Source: Blepharisma stoltei ATCC 30299
Lineage: Eukaryota; Protista; Ciliophora
Direction of reading: 5' to 3'
DNA length: 64,000 nucleotides
NCBI GenBank assembly: GCA_965603825.1
Contig: CBFDEM010000014.1
Coordinates: 124,001-188,000 of the forward strand
This document shows, piece after piece, positions 32,095-43,844 of this stretch; position 1 is the stretch's first letter; each line of letters opens with the position of its first letter. The notes beneath the pieces were generated by a model. That model was not told where the DNA came from, ran no database searches, and saw only the letters and a program-made list of their open reading frames with translations. Made by a program: the position numbers and the translations under genes.

Positions 32095-32935
32095 ATGGGG
32101 ATTGAAGAGTCACAGGTGTTTTGGGTTTTTTTAATACTGCATATAGTAGGAATCCTGCTTGCTATATGAAGTACTACTAGAAGGACCAAAAGAGTAGGGG
32201 TTGATGGCCATGTGAAAAGAAGGACTATTAGGATGGACACTATAAATTTAGCGAAAATTTCAGGAAAAAGGAAAAAAAAGAAAGCCACTGTCCAAGAAAT
32301 TCATAGAAATTATTTTTACGTGTATTACCTTGCATTGAAAGTATATTATTAATTAGCAATGCCATGCGTTATTTGAAATATTTTTTAGAGAGCTAGAAGG
32401 CAAAGAAAGAGCTCATGTATGCATTGCCTATTTTATTAACTTGCTAGGGGTGCTAGGAATCTCAGGGGCGTTTATAAAGGCTGAACTTAATTATTTTATT
32501 GCAGGAGGAGTTTCAATGATTTTGGCAAGATTGATGCATGCGTTATACTTTAGTCTCCAGAAAAAAGAAAAGCCACTGAAAGTTAGATATAATACAGATG
32601 ATGAAATGGCGAAACAAATTGAAACAGTTGTAGTTCAGAGATTAATAAGGCATAGAGAAACTAAAGAAAAATTAGGCTATATGCTGATGATTCTTTATTA
32701 TGTGGGGAATTTTTATTATTGTATTGATTTTCTTGTAAGTCTGAATAGTGATCAGAAATGGACATGATTTTTGTGTGTTGTTATGGGGTTTGTTTTTGAC
32801 ACTTTTGTGATTGAATTTGTGAGGATTGGGGCGCAGCTGTGTGCACTGATTATTTTAAGCAGAGGTGATATGAGTAATTTAGAGCCTTTGTTGTTGTTTA
32901 TTTTGACTGAACAATTTATTAATTTATTCGAATAG
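32095..32935 (+). CDS. Hypothetical multi-pass membrane protein
   Basis: ATG 32095, TGA=Trp at 32167 and 32765, 16-nt intron 32341-32356 linking to the frame of ORF 32441..32767, TAG at 32933; about five hydrophobic segments. Confidence 0.72.
32341..32356 (+). other. 16-nt spliceosomal intron
   Basis: GTATATTATTAATTAG, A at position 11 (6 from the end), in-frame TAA; explains the frame change. Confidence 0.75.
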
Positions 32936-33010
32936 ATTATGGGAATCGTTATGCTATTTATTTTTCATAAAAATAGTTTATTTACATTTATGATAAAAAT
33001 TATAATTAAT

Positions 33011-35614
33011 TTACAAAAAATTTGTTAAATCATCAATAATAATTTCAATATTTGCATTATTATTTTCATACTCTTCTAGTAAATCAATTAAAAACCCAGA
33101 AACCATATCTAATATCCTTATAGCTATAAGCCCTTTATGCATATTTTCTGCTTCATTTATAGAATCTTTCATTCCTTCAATGCATCTGCTTACCTTTACA
33201 ATACTTTCTTTAGAAGCAGAAAAACTCATATGCATTTTTTTAGTGACATTAAAAATTTCTTTCATTATGTCAATATGTCGAGATGCTGCTAGCCTTTGGA
33301 TGCAGCCTAAAATCTGTGTAGAAAAAGCCATGATAGACCCATTTTCTAAAATTTGTTTCAAAATATTTAGTCTTTTTTCTTGGTCTTTCAAAGAAGGTGA
33401 TTTTTGAAGGATTTCTATAAGTGACAAATAAAAAGATTTATCTGGCAAATCTGCGTTGCGATATCACATTATGAATTGGTTAAAAATATTTTTTGCATCA
33501 TTTCCAATTAAAATTGATACAGCTTCTTTGCCTTGTATTACATTCATAATGTCTTCAACAAGTATTTTTACTTCACTTACTTCCATGCTTTTCCCTCGAC
33601 ACTTATGATGTGAATGCTTTTTTAATCGTCTTATTTTTGATTCTAATTTATAAATATAATCTTCTTTTTCCTGAAGAGTTTCTTTATCGCATAAATCTCT
33701 TGTATTGCTACTTTTGTATCTTCTGTCTGTAATACTATCAGCTGTCTGATATGATTTTAGAAGCCCTTCTCTGCTTCTAGTTAAAGACACAAACCCTCTT
33801 AATGTATCTGCAGTCATTGTTTTATACTGAGTTGAGTCTTGAGATTTATAAAGCAAATCTGACTGCGATGTATAATAATGGTTCATTTTTATTGTATCAT
33901 TGGCTTCTTTAAGTCCTTTTATTTCAATTTCCTTCGCTTTGATAAGCTGGATAACTCTAGTTTTTATATCAAGTACCCTTGTTGGAAGTGCTTCATTATG
34001 ATTAACAGTTAAAGAAATTTCTTCTTCCAGCAGAGAAACTGCAATCTCAATGGCTTCAAGCTCTTTTGCTTGCTCATTAAAAGCTTTTTCTGTCATTTGT
34101 ATTTTTTCATTACATTCCAGTTCTGATTTTAATGCAATTTCTAATTTTTTTTCAATTTCATAGAGATCGTCTTTAAGTTTTCTTTCTAAATTAGCTTTCT
34201 CTTTACTTGCCTGGATTTCTGTTTTATATCCTTTAATCATTTCGACAAATTCATCTTTCATAGCTTTTTGTAGGGAAAGGCTAGCTTGGAATTCTTCTAT
34301 TTTGGTAGACAATTTGTGCTGTAAATCTGAGTTGTTTTCTTTTAAATTTGTGGCTTCATATTGACTTTTTTCGAGCTCTCTTTCGAGGAGGTCGATTTTT
34401 GAGTTGATTTTTTCGTATTCTGTGAGAGATAGAAATAGTGTTTCATTGTTGTCTGTTTGGCCGTATGTGTCGAGGGTAATTGTGGTGTTGGCTTGCTTTA
34501 TACCTTTTATGAGGAAAGTTAGATGGGGGCTTGTAATTGCTAATGATCTCTTGTGCTGAATTTTTATCCTGGAAATTTCTACAAGCTGAAGATTTTCGCT
34601 TTTATTTAATTCTTTAAGTTGTAATTGTAAATCTGTATTTTGCTCAGCAGTTTCTTTAATAATATACATACTTTGCGATAATTCATTTTCTGATTTAATT
34701 ATTTGATCTCTCAGCCTATTCAGTTCTTCTCTCAGCTGATCTTCGTGCTGCGCATCTTTCAACAGCTGATTATTCAAATCATTTATCATTTTTTCAGCTT
34801 CTTTCATATACATATTATACTCTTCTTTTATTTCATAATTTTCTTTACTTTGCTTTTCTCCTTCAGCAATGAGCTGATTAATCATCAACTTAGCTTTATT
34901 CAAGCACAAATCTCTCTTCTCAATTTCTCCTAAACTGTCTTCATTTTCTCTTTCCCTCTCCTTCAGCATCTTTTCTTTTTCATTTAAAATTTTCTTAATT
35001 TCCTCATTTTCCTTTTCCAGCCTTGTCTTTTCTACCTCAATTACAGCGATAACCTGTTCATAATTCCTTGCATCAAATGAATGGTTTTCTTCAGTTTTAT
35101 TTCTTAAAGCGTTATATTTAGCTTCAAGCAAATTTTTATCCTCTTCTAAAATGCCTAATCCCTTCCTTAGCTCATTAATTTCAGCTTTACTTTCTTCAAT
35201 CATATTTAAATAATCAGTATCAATTTCTCTATCTTTTTCAATTTCAATTGATTTTTCATACAATTCTTTGTACTCTAAAAGATCATTATAATCTTCTTGT
35301 AGCGCCGAAAAATTATTCGTCAATTCCTCGATTTTTTCTCTTTCAAGCTCGATTTCTTTATTTAATTCTTCAGCTTTTTCATTATTTTCAATAACTTGGC
35401 TTAGCAAGTTTACAGCTTGTTTGGCAATTAAATTCAGGTTTTTGCAAATTTCGTTTGAAATTTCTGAATGAAATTGTTCTTCTTGATCTTTTTCAAAATG
35501 CTCAATACAGGAAAACTCTTCAAATGAGCCTTTTATTAGAGTAAGGATTTCATTTGATAGGACTGCTAGGTGGGATAAATCTGAAAGGATTCCTTGAGGA
35601 ATCTGGGAATTCAT
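33011..35614 (-). CDS. Long coiled-coil protein
   Basis: ORFs 33464..35614 and 33011..33448 are in frame through the TGA at 33464-33466; E/K/L heptad composition. Confidence 0.82.
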
Positions 35615-35642
35615 ATTTAAATGGTTTTTTAATAATCGCTAA

Positions 35643-37031
35643 TTAAATGGCTGCTTTATCTTTTATAGGTGACCATACTTTTCTGGGTGAATTTATTATT
35701 TCAGGGTGGATGCTTTCTCTGCCTTCTCTTAGTTCTATAGGTTGGACTGTTCTTTTTTGAGCTCCAATGTAAAGCTGTCTTGGTCTTCCGATTTTTTTGA
35801 CAGACTCAGACATCATCTCATGCCACTGTGACATCCAGCCGATGACTCTAGCTAAAGCAAAAATCACAGTAAACATGTCACGTGGGATTCCAATTGCTTC
35901 AAGGACAATCCCAGAATAAAAATCTACATTTGGAAATAGCTTTCTTTTAATAAAATAATCGTCACTTAAGGCTTTTTTCTCTAGCTCTATCGCTAAGTCA
36001 AAAATGTCTTGCTTGTTGCATTTTAAATGAGTTAAAACTTCATGAGCAATCTCTTGAATTATATGATTTCTTGGATCATGGTTTTTATAAACACGATGGC
36101 CAAAACCCATAAGTCTAAAACTGTCGTTAGGATTTTTAGCTTTTGCAATATAGGTATCGACGTTTTCAACACTTTTTACTTCATCAAGCATTGCGAGGAC
36201 AGCTTCATTTGCACCTCCATGCATAGGGCCCCATAAGCTAGCTATTCCAGCAGCTACACAGGCATATGGGTTTGCAAGAGAGCTTCCGGCAATTCTGACA
36301 GTTGATGTGGAGGCGTTTTGTTCGTGATCGGCGTGGAGGATAAATATTTTTTCAAGAGCATTAGCTACGACAGGATCGACTGTAAAATCATCAGACATCG
36401 GGTCTGAAAACATCATATACAAGAAGTTTTCAGTGTATCCGAACTTTTTCTTAGGAAAAACTATTGGCAGTCCATATGCAGTTCTATACGCAATTGCTGC
36501 CATCATAGGGAATTTCGCTAAAACTCTAATTGCAGCTGCTTCACGTTGTTCAGCTACCAAGACATCGATATCTTCATGCATGAACGCTGATAAAGCTCCT
36601 ACAACACCCACCATAATTGCCATTGGATGTGCACCTTGCTGGAAGCTGCTATAGAAGTCAATAAGTTTCATATGAATCAACATCTCATTTTTCACAGCAT
36701 TTTCAAATCTTTCTAGTTCAGCAGTATTGGGCAATTCTCCATATAATAGCAAATAGCAAACTTCAAGAAAGGTACAATTATTGGCCAGATCTTCGATTGC
36801 ATAGCCTCTGTACCATAGCTCTCCTTTTTCTCCATCAGTATATGTAATTGCAGAAAGACAGCTTGATGTTGAAGTGTAGCCTGGGTCAAGAGTGAGGCAG
36901 CCTAGCTGAGTAAATAGAGAACGAATATCGATAACTGGTGGTCCTTGAGTTCCTCGAATAAACGGAAGCTTTGCAGATGTTCCATCAGGAAGAGTTATTG
37001 TTGCTTCTCCTTCTATAATAGCTCCTTCCAT
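35643..37031 (-). CDS. gltA: Citrate synthase, proteobacterial type II (GltA-like)
   Basis: DPGYTSTSSC, AHPMA, LHADHEQNAST, LWGPMHGGANE, LMGFGHRVYKNHDPR, FPNVDFYSG, KIGRPRQLY. Confidence 0.95.
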   Translation of the reverse strand: MEGAIIEGEATITLPDGTSAKLPFIRGTQGPPVIDIRSLFTQLGCLTLDPGYTSTSSCLSAITYTDGEKGELWYRGYAIEDLANNCTFLEVCYLLLYGELPNTAELERFENAVKNEMLIHMKLIDFYSSFQQGAHPMAIMVGVVGALSAFMHEDIDVLVAEQREAAAIRVLAKFPMMAAIAYRTAYGLPIVFPKKKFGYTENFLYMMFSDPMSDDFTVDPVVANALEKIFILHADHEQNASTSTVRIAGSSLANPYACVAAGIASLWGPMHGGANEAVLAMLDEVKSVENVDTYIAKAKNPNDSFRLMGFGHRVYKNHDPRNHIIQEIAHEVLTHLKCNKQDIFDLAIELEKKALSDDYFIKRKLFPNVDFYSGIVLEAIGIPRDMFTVIFALARVIGWMSQWHEMMSESVKKIGRPRQLYIGAQKRTVQPIELREGRESIHPEIINSPRKVWSPIKDKAAI

Positions 37032-37971
37032 ATTTTATTCACGTCACAAGCTATTAAGAAAAGATATTATAATGATTGGAAAGACTTAGAGTCTAAAAAA
37101 TTAACTATAATTATGCCATCGTAAAAAATTAAATATTCTTACCGATAGAATAAAACTAATTAAATTATTTTTAGAAAATTTATTGAAATTATATTAAAGG
37201 TTAGGCTTGTAATATTGGAGACCAATTTATTACTAAGCTTATAAGTTATAGAAAAATTCGAATTTACTCAAATAAATAAGTTAAGTTATCAATAAAATAT
37301 TATAGCGAAAATAATAGCAAGAGATGCTCTCAGTTGAACTCTAAGTGCACAGTAAATTATCATTTAATCATTTTTATTTAATTAACTACGCAATTAATAA
37401 TGAATAGAAGTTTCTCTCATAGTTATCCATTATTTTTCTTTATATTACAATAAATAATAGATCTCTCCAAAAACCATAAATCTCTTTTCATTTAAATTAT
37501 ATAATTCTGTTAATTCATTTAAGCAAGTTTATTTTTTCAAGGTATATGCTATAGATGAAATAGAGAATCATATTGAGTCTTCAATCTTAAATTTTGAAGA
37601 TATATGCAATAAATTATTGCTCAAACTCTTTAGTTTATTTATTAATGCTATTTTAACAGTAGATTATTGAATTGGAAGGTCTTCAGGATAATTTTTTCTC
37701 TTTTGTAGTAAATTTCATTATACGAGGTACGTTTTAAGAATATAGAACTTTATTTTAATATTAGCATTAATATAGATTTTAGAAGCTTCATTTAGAGTCA
37801 AAGATCATTCAGCATCAAAGAAAACGCTTATAAAGGGCTAAATAAAAAACAAAGTTTCAAATTATTTGAATTTAATTGATCAATTCTTAAAATATATATA
37901 TTTTGGTAAAAATATAGATATATTATAGATCCAAATATATAAATAGCTTTATTGATATTAAATTTTAAGCA

Positions 37972-38044
37972 GGACCCATAGCACAACTGGTAGTGCAACG
38001 GACTCCAAATCCGCAGGTTGGGCGTTCAAGTCGCTCTGGGTTCA
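37972..38044 (+). tRNA. tRNA-Trp(CCA) with 4-bp anticodon stem
   Basis: Cloverleaf: acceptor GGACCCA/TGGGTTC, D stem GCAC/GTGC, anticodon arm ACGGA-CTCCAAA-TCCGC (CCA at 38005-38007, A27-C43 mismatch), T arm GGGCG-TTCAAGT-CGCTC, discriminator A, no intron. Confidence 0.96.
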
Positions 38045-38045
38045 C

Positions 38046-38051
38046 TTTTTT
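38046..38051 (+). terminator. RNA polymerase III oligo-T terminator of the tRNA gene
   Basis: T6 run beginning 2 nt after the discriminator base. Confidence 0.8.
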
Positions 38052-38852
38052 GTCCAGTTGAATTATGAACTATTATACCAATTTATCGCTTGTTTTAAGC
38101 AAATTCTAGCTTTTAAATATAATTTTATTTGTGCTTGCCCTTTTTATAGGGTATTATCAGAATTAAAGAATTCCTTAAAATTTTGACAGATTAGCTCATC
38201 TCTACAATAAAAATCAAAATTTCAATAGAAATTAATAAAGGAAATATAAATATATATAAAATAAAGATATAGATAGAATTATTTATAATTTAATATTGCT
38301 ATTATATAATATTTAATTGCAAATTTGTCTATTGCTTTATAAATCACATAGATGCTTAATTTAGAAAGTTTTTGCATATAAGAGTTTTATTTTATTTGAA
38401 AGGGCAAAAGAAAAATTTTCTACTCACTTTATTGTGCGATGATTGAATAGCAAATACGGTGAAAATTATTGTTGCCAAAGCTTATCATAAATATGAACTT
38501 ATTCTGTCAATCAATATTGCAATTTTTATTTCCTCTATTTTTCTATTACTTAAACAAAGATTTTGATTATTTATGCTTAAATAAAAAATGCCCATATGAG
38601 CCTGCTGCTTTGAATAATTAATCTCAAATTATCTTAAAGATCTAATGAATTTTCTATTGCAATAATTTGGCTTGTATTTATTCTATTATTTTTAGCTTTA
38701 AAAACAAATTGAAATCTTGCTATTGAACAAATATCTATTATATCTCTCTAGATGCAAAATTCAAACCTATATATATCTTCCATTTATCGAAATCAAATTC
38801 CCTAAAAGTAATTAATCAGCGTTATTCTGAATCATATGTTAAATATTAAATA

Positions 38853-39893
38853 ATGAAAAGAGGATCTTCAGAGCGAGATATAAAAAAAAGATCATATGAG
38901 CTAAGTAAAATAATTGAATCTACTTCTATAAGCCCATTTAACCAATACATCAGTCCACAAAACCAAAGGTCCTTTAGCAACCATTTTTCCAGAGTCAGCA
39001 GTAAAAACAATCACGAAGCTGGGTCTTTTGCTACTATCCGAGACTCCTGCAAAAATGAAAAAAAGTTCGACCTCCGAAAAGTAAGAGAAGCCAAAATCCA
39101 CCGTTTTAACACAAATTTAGATAAAAAATTCGAGTTTAAAGAAAAGATCCTAAAAATCGACATTGACGCTGACGCAATCCCTACACAAAGGCTCAGCCCC
39201 TGCAGAGCTTCATTATTTCCTAAAGATCCCCTTACAAAAGAACTATATGAGCATAAAATAATGCTGAGTGCATATCAAAAACTCAGTGAAACTCCACAAA
39301 AGAAAATTGATAACAAAAGGCCAACAACCACATCTCCTTCACATAAAAGAAGGTCAATTCTTGATCGAGAAGCATCAGGATTTCAATACAAAAAATTATT
39401 ATCCAGGCTTAGCCTTGATCGATCCAAGGAGAAAAACGAAATCGCTATAGAAGATGACGATTTCTTACGAAAAACGTTGAAAAAGCATGAAGAACAAGTC
39501 ATAAGATCAGAAAAAATAAAAAAAGAAATTGACTCAATACACGAAAGCTATAACGAATTAAGCCGATCAATGGAAAAACAAAAGGTGAGATCTTCGTCTC
39601 TGCAGAATTTATTTATTGAAAAAGATGAGCTTAAGTCGCCAAGGAATCTTACACTTGATCATAAAATCAAAAAAAAGTTCTTTGGGGAAGTAAAAAATAA
39701 AATTTCATCAAATAACGCCAGAGGGTCTCAAAAAATCATATTAATCCCAAGAATAAGGCATAGAAAGCCACGAAATGTTATTAGTTTTTTAGCTGATAGC
39801 TTAGCGATATCACCTGCAAGTTTATCCTCGAAACAGTCAAGATCAGCCTTATCAACTGCTCCAGCTGGAAAAAGATACGAAAATAAATTGTAA
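38853..39893 (+). CDS. Hypothetical basic S/K-rich protein
   Basis: 346-aa ATG-to-TAA ORF; no recognisable domain. Confidence 0.72.
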   Translation: MKRGSSERDIKKRSYELSKIIESTSISPFNQYISPQNQRSFSNHFSRVSSKNNHEAGSFATIRDSCKNEKKFDLRKVREAKIHRFNTNLDKKFEFKEKILKIDIDADAIPTQRLSPCRASLFPKDPLTKELYEHKIMLSAYQKLSETPQKKIDNKRPTTTSPSHKRRSILDREASGFQYKKLLSRLSLDRSKEKNEIAIEDDDFLRKTLKKHEEQVIRSEKIKKEIDSIHESYNELSRSMEKQKVRSSSLQNLFIEKDELKSPRNLTLDHKIKKKFFGEVKNKISSNNARGSQKIILIPRIRHRKPRNVISFLADSLAISPASLSSKQSRSALSTAPAGKRYENKL

Positions 39894-39923
39894 AATATCG
39901 AGCTCTGCTTATTTATTTTAAAA

Positions 39924-41348
39924 TTACTCTTCAATTATCCCTTCTTTTGTGTATTCCTGCATTTTTGTAATATTTAATGCTATTAATGTGCCAATAATTG
40001 AGGCGAGGATTGGCACAACTGTCATAGCGAATTTCATATAATTTACACTGTCTAAACTTCCAGCATTTAATAAGATACTTATTGCAATGCCAAGGGAAAA
40101 TTTGTCGACAAGACTAACAGCGCCTCATACAAAGGCTCCTGAAGAACCATATTCTCCTACAAAAAGGGCAACCATTCCAGTTGATGAATTTAGCTGTAAG
40201 GAAAATCCAATTCCTAAAAATAGTGCAATAATGAATACTAAATTCTGGTAATCTGGAGTTAGAAATACTAATGGAATTGTGGCTCCAACTATAAAAATCA
40301 TTCCTATTTGGAATTGCCTTTTTCTGCTTAATTTTTCACCTATTTTCTTAAGCAAAAACGAAGTCCCTACACTTCCAATGTAAAGCACCATAGGGACAGA
40401 TGCAAGCTGCAGTGGAGTTTTATTATAATTACCTTCAGCATCATCTTTTCCTCCCATCTCCAAAACTGTAGTTAAATAAAACGGCAATAATCCTGGCGGC
40501 ACATTATTTGAGACTCTTGCCAAAGTATAGACAGCTGCAATCAAATACAATTCTCTCTTGTTCAGCCATTCTTTTCACGTTAGTTCTGTCTTTTTATTAT
40601 TTCCTAATTCATCTTCATTTTGAATTTTCAGTTCTCTATACCCACTTTGTGTTTCTTCTGTCAACTTATTTTCTTTAATGTTTCAAATAAACAATAAATC
40701 CGTAATTGCACCAGCTGTCAAAATAAAAGCACACAATAAGCTAAACTGCAACTTAGGATTTTCAATAAAATTAAAAAAAATCAAAGCTGCTAGTAGAACA
40801 GCAAAATTCGAAATATAGGTAAAGCCACTTCTAAGGCCAATTAATTTTTCTTTTCTTTCTTTTAAAGGAGATAATGAAGGTATTAAAGCAATATGTGGGA
40901 TTTGTACTGCAGATCATGCAGCTCCAGATGCAAAAGAAAAAACTGAATATCAAAATCCTTGAGCTATGACTCTACTGCTTCCTTCAAGAAGATCACAAGG
41001 GTAACAATCCTGCCATGTAAAGAAAAAAGTAACGCTAGTTATAACAGTTCCATAAATAAACCAAATCATCCTTTTCCCAAACCTCGATGTGAATTTATCT
41101 GAGTAAAATCCTACAAGTGGGGTCGAAATACCATCAGAAATTTGAAGCATAAGAACTACAATTCTATATCAATGTTACCCTGCTGTGACCGTGGAAAGGT
41201 TTTGGACGTATATAATGTAGTACATCAAGAAATTCACCCAGCAAGCTGCACATAAGTCATTCATTACATGCCCAATCCCATACATTCATATAGTAAATTC
41301 TGTAAGTCCATCGTATTTTTTATCAACTAATCTTTCATTGTCATTCAT
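39924..41348 (-). CDS. MFS transporter, MFSD12-like
   Basis: YGIGHVMNDLCAACW, QISDGISTPLVGFYSDK..FGKR..W and SGAFVW(TGA)GAVSLVDK. One 15-nt intron (41164-41178) and six TGA=Trp (41286, 40950, 40914, 40683, 40575, 40125); ends in TAA. Confidence 0.9.
41164..41178 (-). other. 15-nt spliceosomal intron
   Basis: GTAACATTGATATAG, A10, in-frame TAA. Confidence 0.88.
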
Positions 41349-41419
41349 TTATTTATTTTTAACATAAATTAAAACCTTTACGACTAAACAGTCACATTAT
41401 CTAATTATGTTTATTTAAG

Positions 41420-42223
41420 TTAGTTTTGTGGCTCAGCAATTGCATCTTTTTTAAAGTAAGCTCCATAATCAACTGCTTCAAAACCATACCATATAAAATA
41501 GTACGCATTGGCTATCAGTTTTGGATAAGAAAACTGTGTAGAAAATAATGGGTTTAAAGACAAGGCTGATATTGCTTTTCCTTGATAAGGCATCACTGCT
41601 GCGAGAGCTATCAAAATGGCCCCAATCCCACTTTCAAATCTAGAAAAAAACTCTTTAAGTGTCAGAATTTTGGAATCTCTGGTCCAATAAAAGTTGTCTA
41701 AAAGATAAATTAATGGAGTTAGCATAACTTTTATAGTGCTTAATAGAATAATTGATGCTAAAATCAGCCAATTAAGATCTATTGGCTTATCTGAAGCACA
41801 GTCTGTAGCGGTACAATAATAATAGCTTATAAATGATGCAAGACTTGTCGATCTAATATAGCTGGCAATTAAGAAAAGCGTATACCTGAGATTTGTTCCC
41901 GCCAATGCTTTATAAACCTCTTTTACTTTTCTGAGGGAAATGATGATAAAAATTATGATAAATTCAGTCATCCATACACAAAATTTGAATAGGGTGATGC
42001 TACTTTGGAATAATAAAGCAGTAAAAGCAATGTCTGTGAAACATAGAGCCAAATTGATAAAAAGTTTTCTGGTATTTTGAGCTTTTGGGTAGCTTAGAGT
42101 AAAGGTAAACAAATGATAGCAAATTAAGCCGGGAAATATTGCTTCAAAAGTAATATACTCACTTATAAAAGGTAGAACAGCGGAGAGTATTGCTGTCAGC
42201 AACAATATTTCCTTTTTTCCCAT
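41420..42223 (-). CDS. Hypothetical multi-pass membrane protein
   Basis: 267-aa ORF with many hydrophobic segments. Confidence 0.72.
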   Translation of the reverse strand: MGKKEILLLTAILSAVLPFISEYITFEAIFPGLICYHLFTFTLSYPKAQNTRKLFINLALCFTDIAFTALLFQSSITLFKFCVWMTEFIIIFIIISLRKVKEVYKALAGTNLRYTLFLIASYIRSTSLASFISYYYCTATDCASDKPIDLNWLILASIILLSTIKVMLTPLIYLLDNFYWTRDSKILTLKEFFSRFESGIGAILIALAAVMPYQGKAISALSLNPLFSTQFSYPKLIANAYYFIWYGFEAVDYGAYFKKDAIAEPQN

Positions 42224-42763
42224 AGTTTTTTTACCATAAATTTAAAGCATATGCTATGAGCTATTGACTCATTGCGTAATATTAGAAGAACTAAAAAGTT
42301 TTAAATATAAATTCTTAATCTTGTAAATGCAAATCTAGATAAGAGTTTAAAAAAGTTTATCATCAAAGAATTTATTTTAATTAAGATTTTATATAATTTA
42401 TATTATTTTAGGTGCTAATTATAAAAATATAATTATTAATTATAGCTTTAATCATGTTTTATAATAGTTATCATCAATTAAATTAATTTTTTTATTTAAA
42501 CTCAAAGAATTCTTTTGCCTGAAATTCTTATACATTAAAATAAATTAAAGATACTCCTATTTCCACTATATTTAAATTCAATTATCTATCTTTAAAATCC
42601 TCATTATATTTTTCCATTCACCATTATATTTTTAAATATAATAAAGCTTTCTCCAATTCCAAAATGAAACGTTCTCTACAATTAACCTCCATCCCACCCC
42701 TGCAATCCTCAAATTAATAAAAAATACTCCAAATATTGCATTAAATCAGCAAAAATGCTTAAC

Positions 42764-43471
42764 TTAGTTAAAGTTTTCTAAACTATCTTTGGAGTTATGC
42801 TGGTTTTTGCAGCCTGAACACTGGCATATATCAGAACACGCATTTCCATTCTGATAACACTCACAGTACTTCTTCAAGCAGCCTGACTTGCTGCAATGGC
42901 AGCCTCTGTTGTGTATAGACCTCACTTCTCCTTCCACTGAAACAGCTTTAAACTTTGGTTTAAAAGCGTTGGGGTTTCGTTCTAATATTCCATTAATTGC
43001 CCGTCTCCTCGCGTTTTCTTGGCTTTCTGTGTTGTGGCATCCCACACAGCTGCATCCAGAGCAATACTCTCTTGCAGCAAAGCATTCACAATACAGCTTG
43101 AGGCATTTTGATTTGTGGCAATTACAACAAGTCTTCTTCCTACTTGTTTCTTCCCTAAATCTTTTTTTCGGTGTCGATTCAGCTAGATTTGCCAGTAAAA
43201 TCGCGTGGTTTTCTTCCTCGTCGGACGATTTTGTTTCGGGTTCGATTGAAATGGGCTTGAAAGATTTAAAAATTTCTAATTTTTGCATGAATCGAGACGC
43301 CAAGTCATACTCTTTTGCTGGCTTTGGGAAACTCCAGAGGTTTTTCATACTGCAGTTGAAGCTGGAATTGTGTGTGAATTTATCTACTTCAATGCTGTCG
43401 TCCTTATTCTTCAACAATTTCCCCCAGACAATCATATCAGTGTAAAAATTATTTAAAGAGCGTGAATTCAT
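42764..43471 (-). CDS. Tesmin/TSO1-like CXC (CRC) domain protein, LIN54 family
   Basis: CNCHKSKCLKLYCECFA...RNPNAFKPK...GCHCSKSGCLKKYCECY. Confidence 0.93.
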   Translation of the reverse strand: MNSRSLNNFYTDMIVWGKLLKNKDDSIEVDKFTHNSSFNCSMKNLWSFPKPAKEYDLASRFMQKLEIFKSFKPISIEPETKSSDEEENHAILLANLAESTPKKRFREETSRKKTCCNCHKSKCLKLYCECFAAREYCSGCSCVGCHNTESQENARRRAINGILERNPNAFKPKFKAVSVEGEVRSIHNRGCHCSKSGCLKKYCECYQNGNACSDICQCSGCKNQHNSKDSLENFN

Positions 43472-43844
43472 AAATTAAATGCTTAATTTAAATTTGGGAT
43501 AAAGATTACTTTGATTTGAAGCAATTTGGGTAGTAAAAAATTGACCAATTTTTTTACATATTTATGGGCTTGTTTAAATTAATTTAAAAATACAGGAAAA
43601 GTTCAAATTTTTGAGATTTTTTTAATTGATAAGATTTATATTCTATGGTGCGTTTCCAGATATTATGCAAAAGCTAAATACAAATAGCATAGGATGTATA
43701 AAACACATAAAAGATTTGCGGGTTTCCATTTATTAAAAGTCTAATCTTTTCTGAGATTCCATTCAAAATTATTTAATGGCGATTTTACACTTTAAGTTCA
43801 TAAACTAACCTAAATTTTTATGCTTTTCATAATTTATATTTAAA

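Noticed and set aside
37972-38044. tRNA as a UCA suppressor or tRNA-Sec
   Set aside because: The anticodon loop is CTCCAAA (CCA), the variable loop is short and the acceptor stem is a standard 7 bp.
37032-38852. Hidden genes or a mobile element in the long spacer around the tRNA
   Set aside because: Very AT-rich, with no convincing ORF even with TGA=Trp and no terminal repeats seen. The TATATAAA about 30 bp upstream of the tRNA is not significant at this AT content.
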